DNA of 58,794 bases, the filler included, from Sanchytrium tribonematis (Eukaryota): assembly GCA_018985235.1 (NCBI GenBank). It is 4 parts of 4 records of this genome, joined end to end, with 100 filler letters (N's around TTAATTAATTAA, not from the genome) between each part and the next. Parts side by side here need not be neighbours in the genome. Positions count along the whole stretch, not along the records: positions 44,233 to 58,794 come from JADGIG010000166.1; 3 more parts are not named here. One strand, 5' to 3'. Under the pieces are notes generated by a model. The model ran no database searches and was not told the origin of the DNA. It saw only the letters and a list, made by a program, of their open reading frames with translations. Positions 56,808 through 58,794 of the stretch are shown here, in pieces. Numbering within the stretch: the first letter of the stretch is position 1; each line of letters opens with the position of its first letter. Made by a program: the position numbers and the translations under genes.

Positions 56808-57785
56808 TTATTTTCCTCTTTTTCGTTTGCTTCTTTTGAGTTGTGGTGAATTTGTATCAATTTTAAGTTGATTTTCAAGTCGATTTTCAATATCACGTGT
56901 GACTTTCTTGACTGCGTCACAAAATGTTGCAACTACAGGATTGTTTTTAGAAATCTCCACAAATTGATCCAAATCGTCAAATAATGTTGAGATAAATGTA
57001 GAATTAAAGTTATAATCCAATAAACTCAGAAGCCCCATTTGTATTAAAGTAATGATTGCGACAAATCCATTTGTTGGATCAAATAATCTTGAATTTAACC
57101 ACAATGTCGGAAGACTCTTGATTTGCAATAATACTTGACCCAATTTAATTTTGAACAAGTCTATAAAATTCACCATTTGTGATTGACGAATTTGATCAAT
57201 CTGTTCTTTAATGTTTTGCCGATAATTTTTAACTGCAAATGCATTTAAATCTAGCAAATATTGGGTGTCTTGATGAGTTGGAAATGACTGATTATATTTA
57301 GAATAGAGTGTATTACTAGCCATTTGATAATGGGCATAATTTAATGGTTGCCATTGCAATAAATAAGTTACTTTAGCAGCCAATTGAATTTGATATTCAT
57401 TAGACTTTTCTTTAAAAACACCATTTACAAATTGATCATGAGCCCCTAAATATTTCTCAATCATATGAGCAAGTGGAATATGATATAAATCGCATTCACT
57501 TGCGAGTTTAAAATGATTTCTCACAGAAACCAAATTTGGCACATTTAATGCTTCATTTCTATTTCCCAACAAAAAGAATTTTAAAAATCTTTTCACTAAT
57601 TCATTTTTAATATCATTAATGACGCATGTATGACAGGTATTCAAATATCCATCATTGGAATCCATCAAAATATCAGTCAAACATTTAAAAACATCTGATA
57701 GTTCTTTGTTATGTTGCATTTGGTTGTATTGATCTTCCCAATACATCAAATGACTTGCAAATAATAGATGCATTGCAATCAACAT
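56808..57785 (-). CDS. Secreted helical family, member 3
   Basis: MLIAMHLLFA leader, YWEDQ, MIEKYL, QYLLDLN, basic C-terminus KRSKRKRGK. Confidence 0.7.
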   Translation of the reverse strand: MLIAMHLLFASHLMYWEDQYNQMQHNKELSDVFKCLTDILMDSNDGYLNTCHTCVINDIKNELVKRFLKFFLLGNRNEALNVPNLVSVRNHFKLASECDLYHIPLAHMIEKYLGAHDQFVNGVFKEKSNEYQIQLAAKVTYLLQWQPLNYAHYQMASNTLYSKYNQSFPTHQDTQYLLDLNAFAVKNYRQNIKEQIDQIRQSQMVNFIDLFKIKLGQVLLQIKSLPTLWLNSRLFDPTNGFVAIITLIQMGLLSLLDYNFNSTFISTLFDDLDQFVEISKNNPVVATFCDAVKKVTRDIENRLENQLKIDTNSPQLKRSKRKRGK

Positions 57786-57890
57786 GGAGGGGTATATTCT
57801 GACAAATGATTAAAGCAGACACTGTGGTACAAGGGAAATTTGTACCAATCAAATGATAAGACAATTTCACGCTGATTTTATTCATTTCAT

Positions 57891-58738
57891 TCATTTATTT
57901 CGATTCGTTTCATAATCTACTTTTTCAATGAAATTGAACATTAGTGCATGTTCTAAATAATTTAATTTTAATGCTAGTAATTGAGCTTCAAAATCATCAA
58001 AACTTAGCTGATTACACCAATTCAATAAAAATTGAATATTTCCCCATCTAATCGAGCTAATAAATGGATCAATTAACACATCACCCCCAGAAATGTCCAT
58101 AATTGGTGTATTTGAGTACCCATTTTATGCAATGCTTCAATAGTTGCTGTAATAAATGTACTCTTCCACCCGGATGTCGTGATTCGTCTCAATTGATTAT
58201 TTAATGAACCAATATATGCTGTGACCATGAGTGTATTCAAATCAATTAAATATTGCAAAAAAGAAGATTGTGGATCGGTGAAAAATGTCAGATGTCCATT
58301 TATGGCCTGTTGAAATGCAAAATAGTCAATAATCAAATTCTCGTTATTATGAATATACGCAGAAGCTATTTGAATTTGTTTTATGGCTAAATCCTCCGAC
58401 TTCGTGTTTCTAAACACATGAAATGCAGACAAATATTTCTCTATAACATTGATTAATTTTAAGAAATGCTGCCCACAATATCCTTGAATTTGAGTTTTAA
58501 AATATTGAACCACATTAGCCAATTCATTCACTTTCATGATTTGATGTTGTCGTCCAATAAATAATTGATAAAATTGAACTACATGTTCATTTTGCATGCT
58601 TGGATCTACGCAACGCGATCTAATGGAGTTTATCCTGCTCAAATGATTCTCTATTTGCTCGGTATGCATTCCAGTAGTCAAATGACCCATATCTTCATTT
58701 CTTATATGTGCTTTCACGGCAACAAGAAATGGCAACAT
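57891..58738 (-). pseudogene. Secreted helical family, member 4, frameshifted near 58075-58090
   Basis: QFYQ, VIEKYL, QYLIDLN; ORF 57891..58100 continues the alignment (PFI..IR.GN). Confidence 0.55.
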
Positions 58739-58794
58739 ATCAGTCTTTTTCAAAGCATTTAATTCTGATTGCCAATAATACTGTCCAAATAGTA

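Overview
This window is four unrelated contigs of about 14.6-14.7 kb from a very compact, AT-rich eukaryotic genome. They are joined by artificial 100-nt N/TTAATTAATTAA linkers at 14720-14819, 29449-29548 and 44133-44232. Gene content (IFT56, Ste12, Spt8, hevein-like chitin-binding protein, MyTH4 myosin, B12-dependent methylmalonyl-CoA mutase) points to a zoosporic, early-diverging fungus; a sanchytrid-like parasite is my inference, not a proven assignment. Contigs 1-3 are densely packed housekeeping genes, while contig 4 is mostly lineage-specific secreted and small membrane proteins. Main discoveries: (1) nearly every split housekeeping ORF is repaired by an ultra-short GT-AG intron of 19-20 nt (14 found), all ending YTNAYHTAG with an invariant branch-type A at -6; (2) a ~0.8 kb ORF-free region whose minus strand has a TATA box, GU-consistent hairpins and five repeated stem-loops, a candidate novel lncRNA; (3) a cluster of divergent secreted kinases/pseudokinases interleaved with a second secreted family, all with very short signal peptides. 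All calls come from reading the sequence and recalling protein families; no searches were run.
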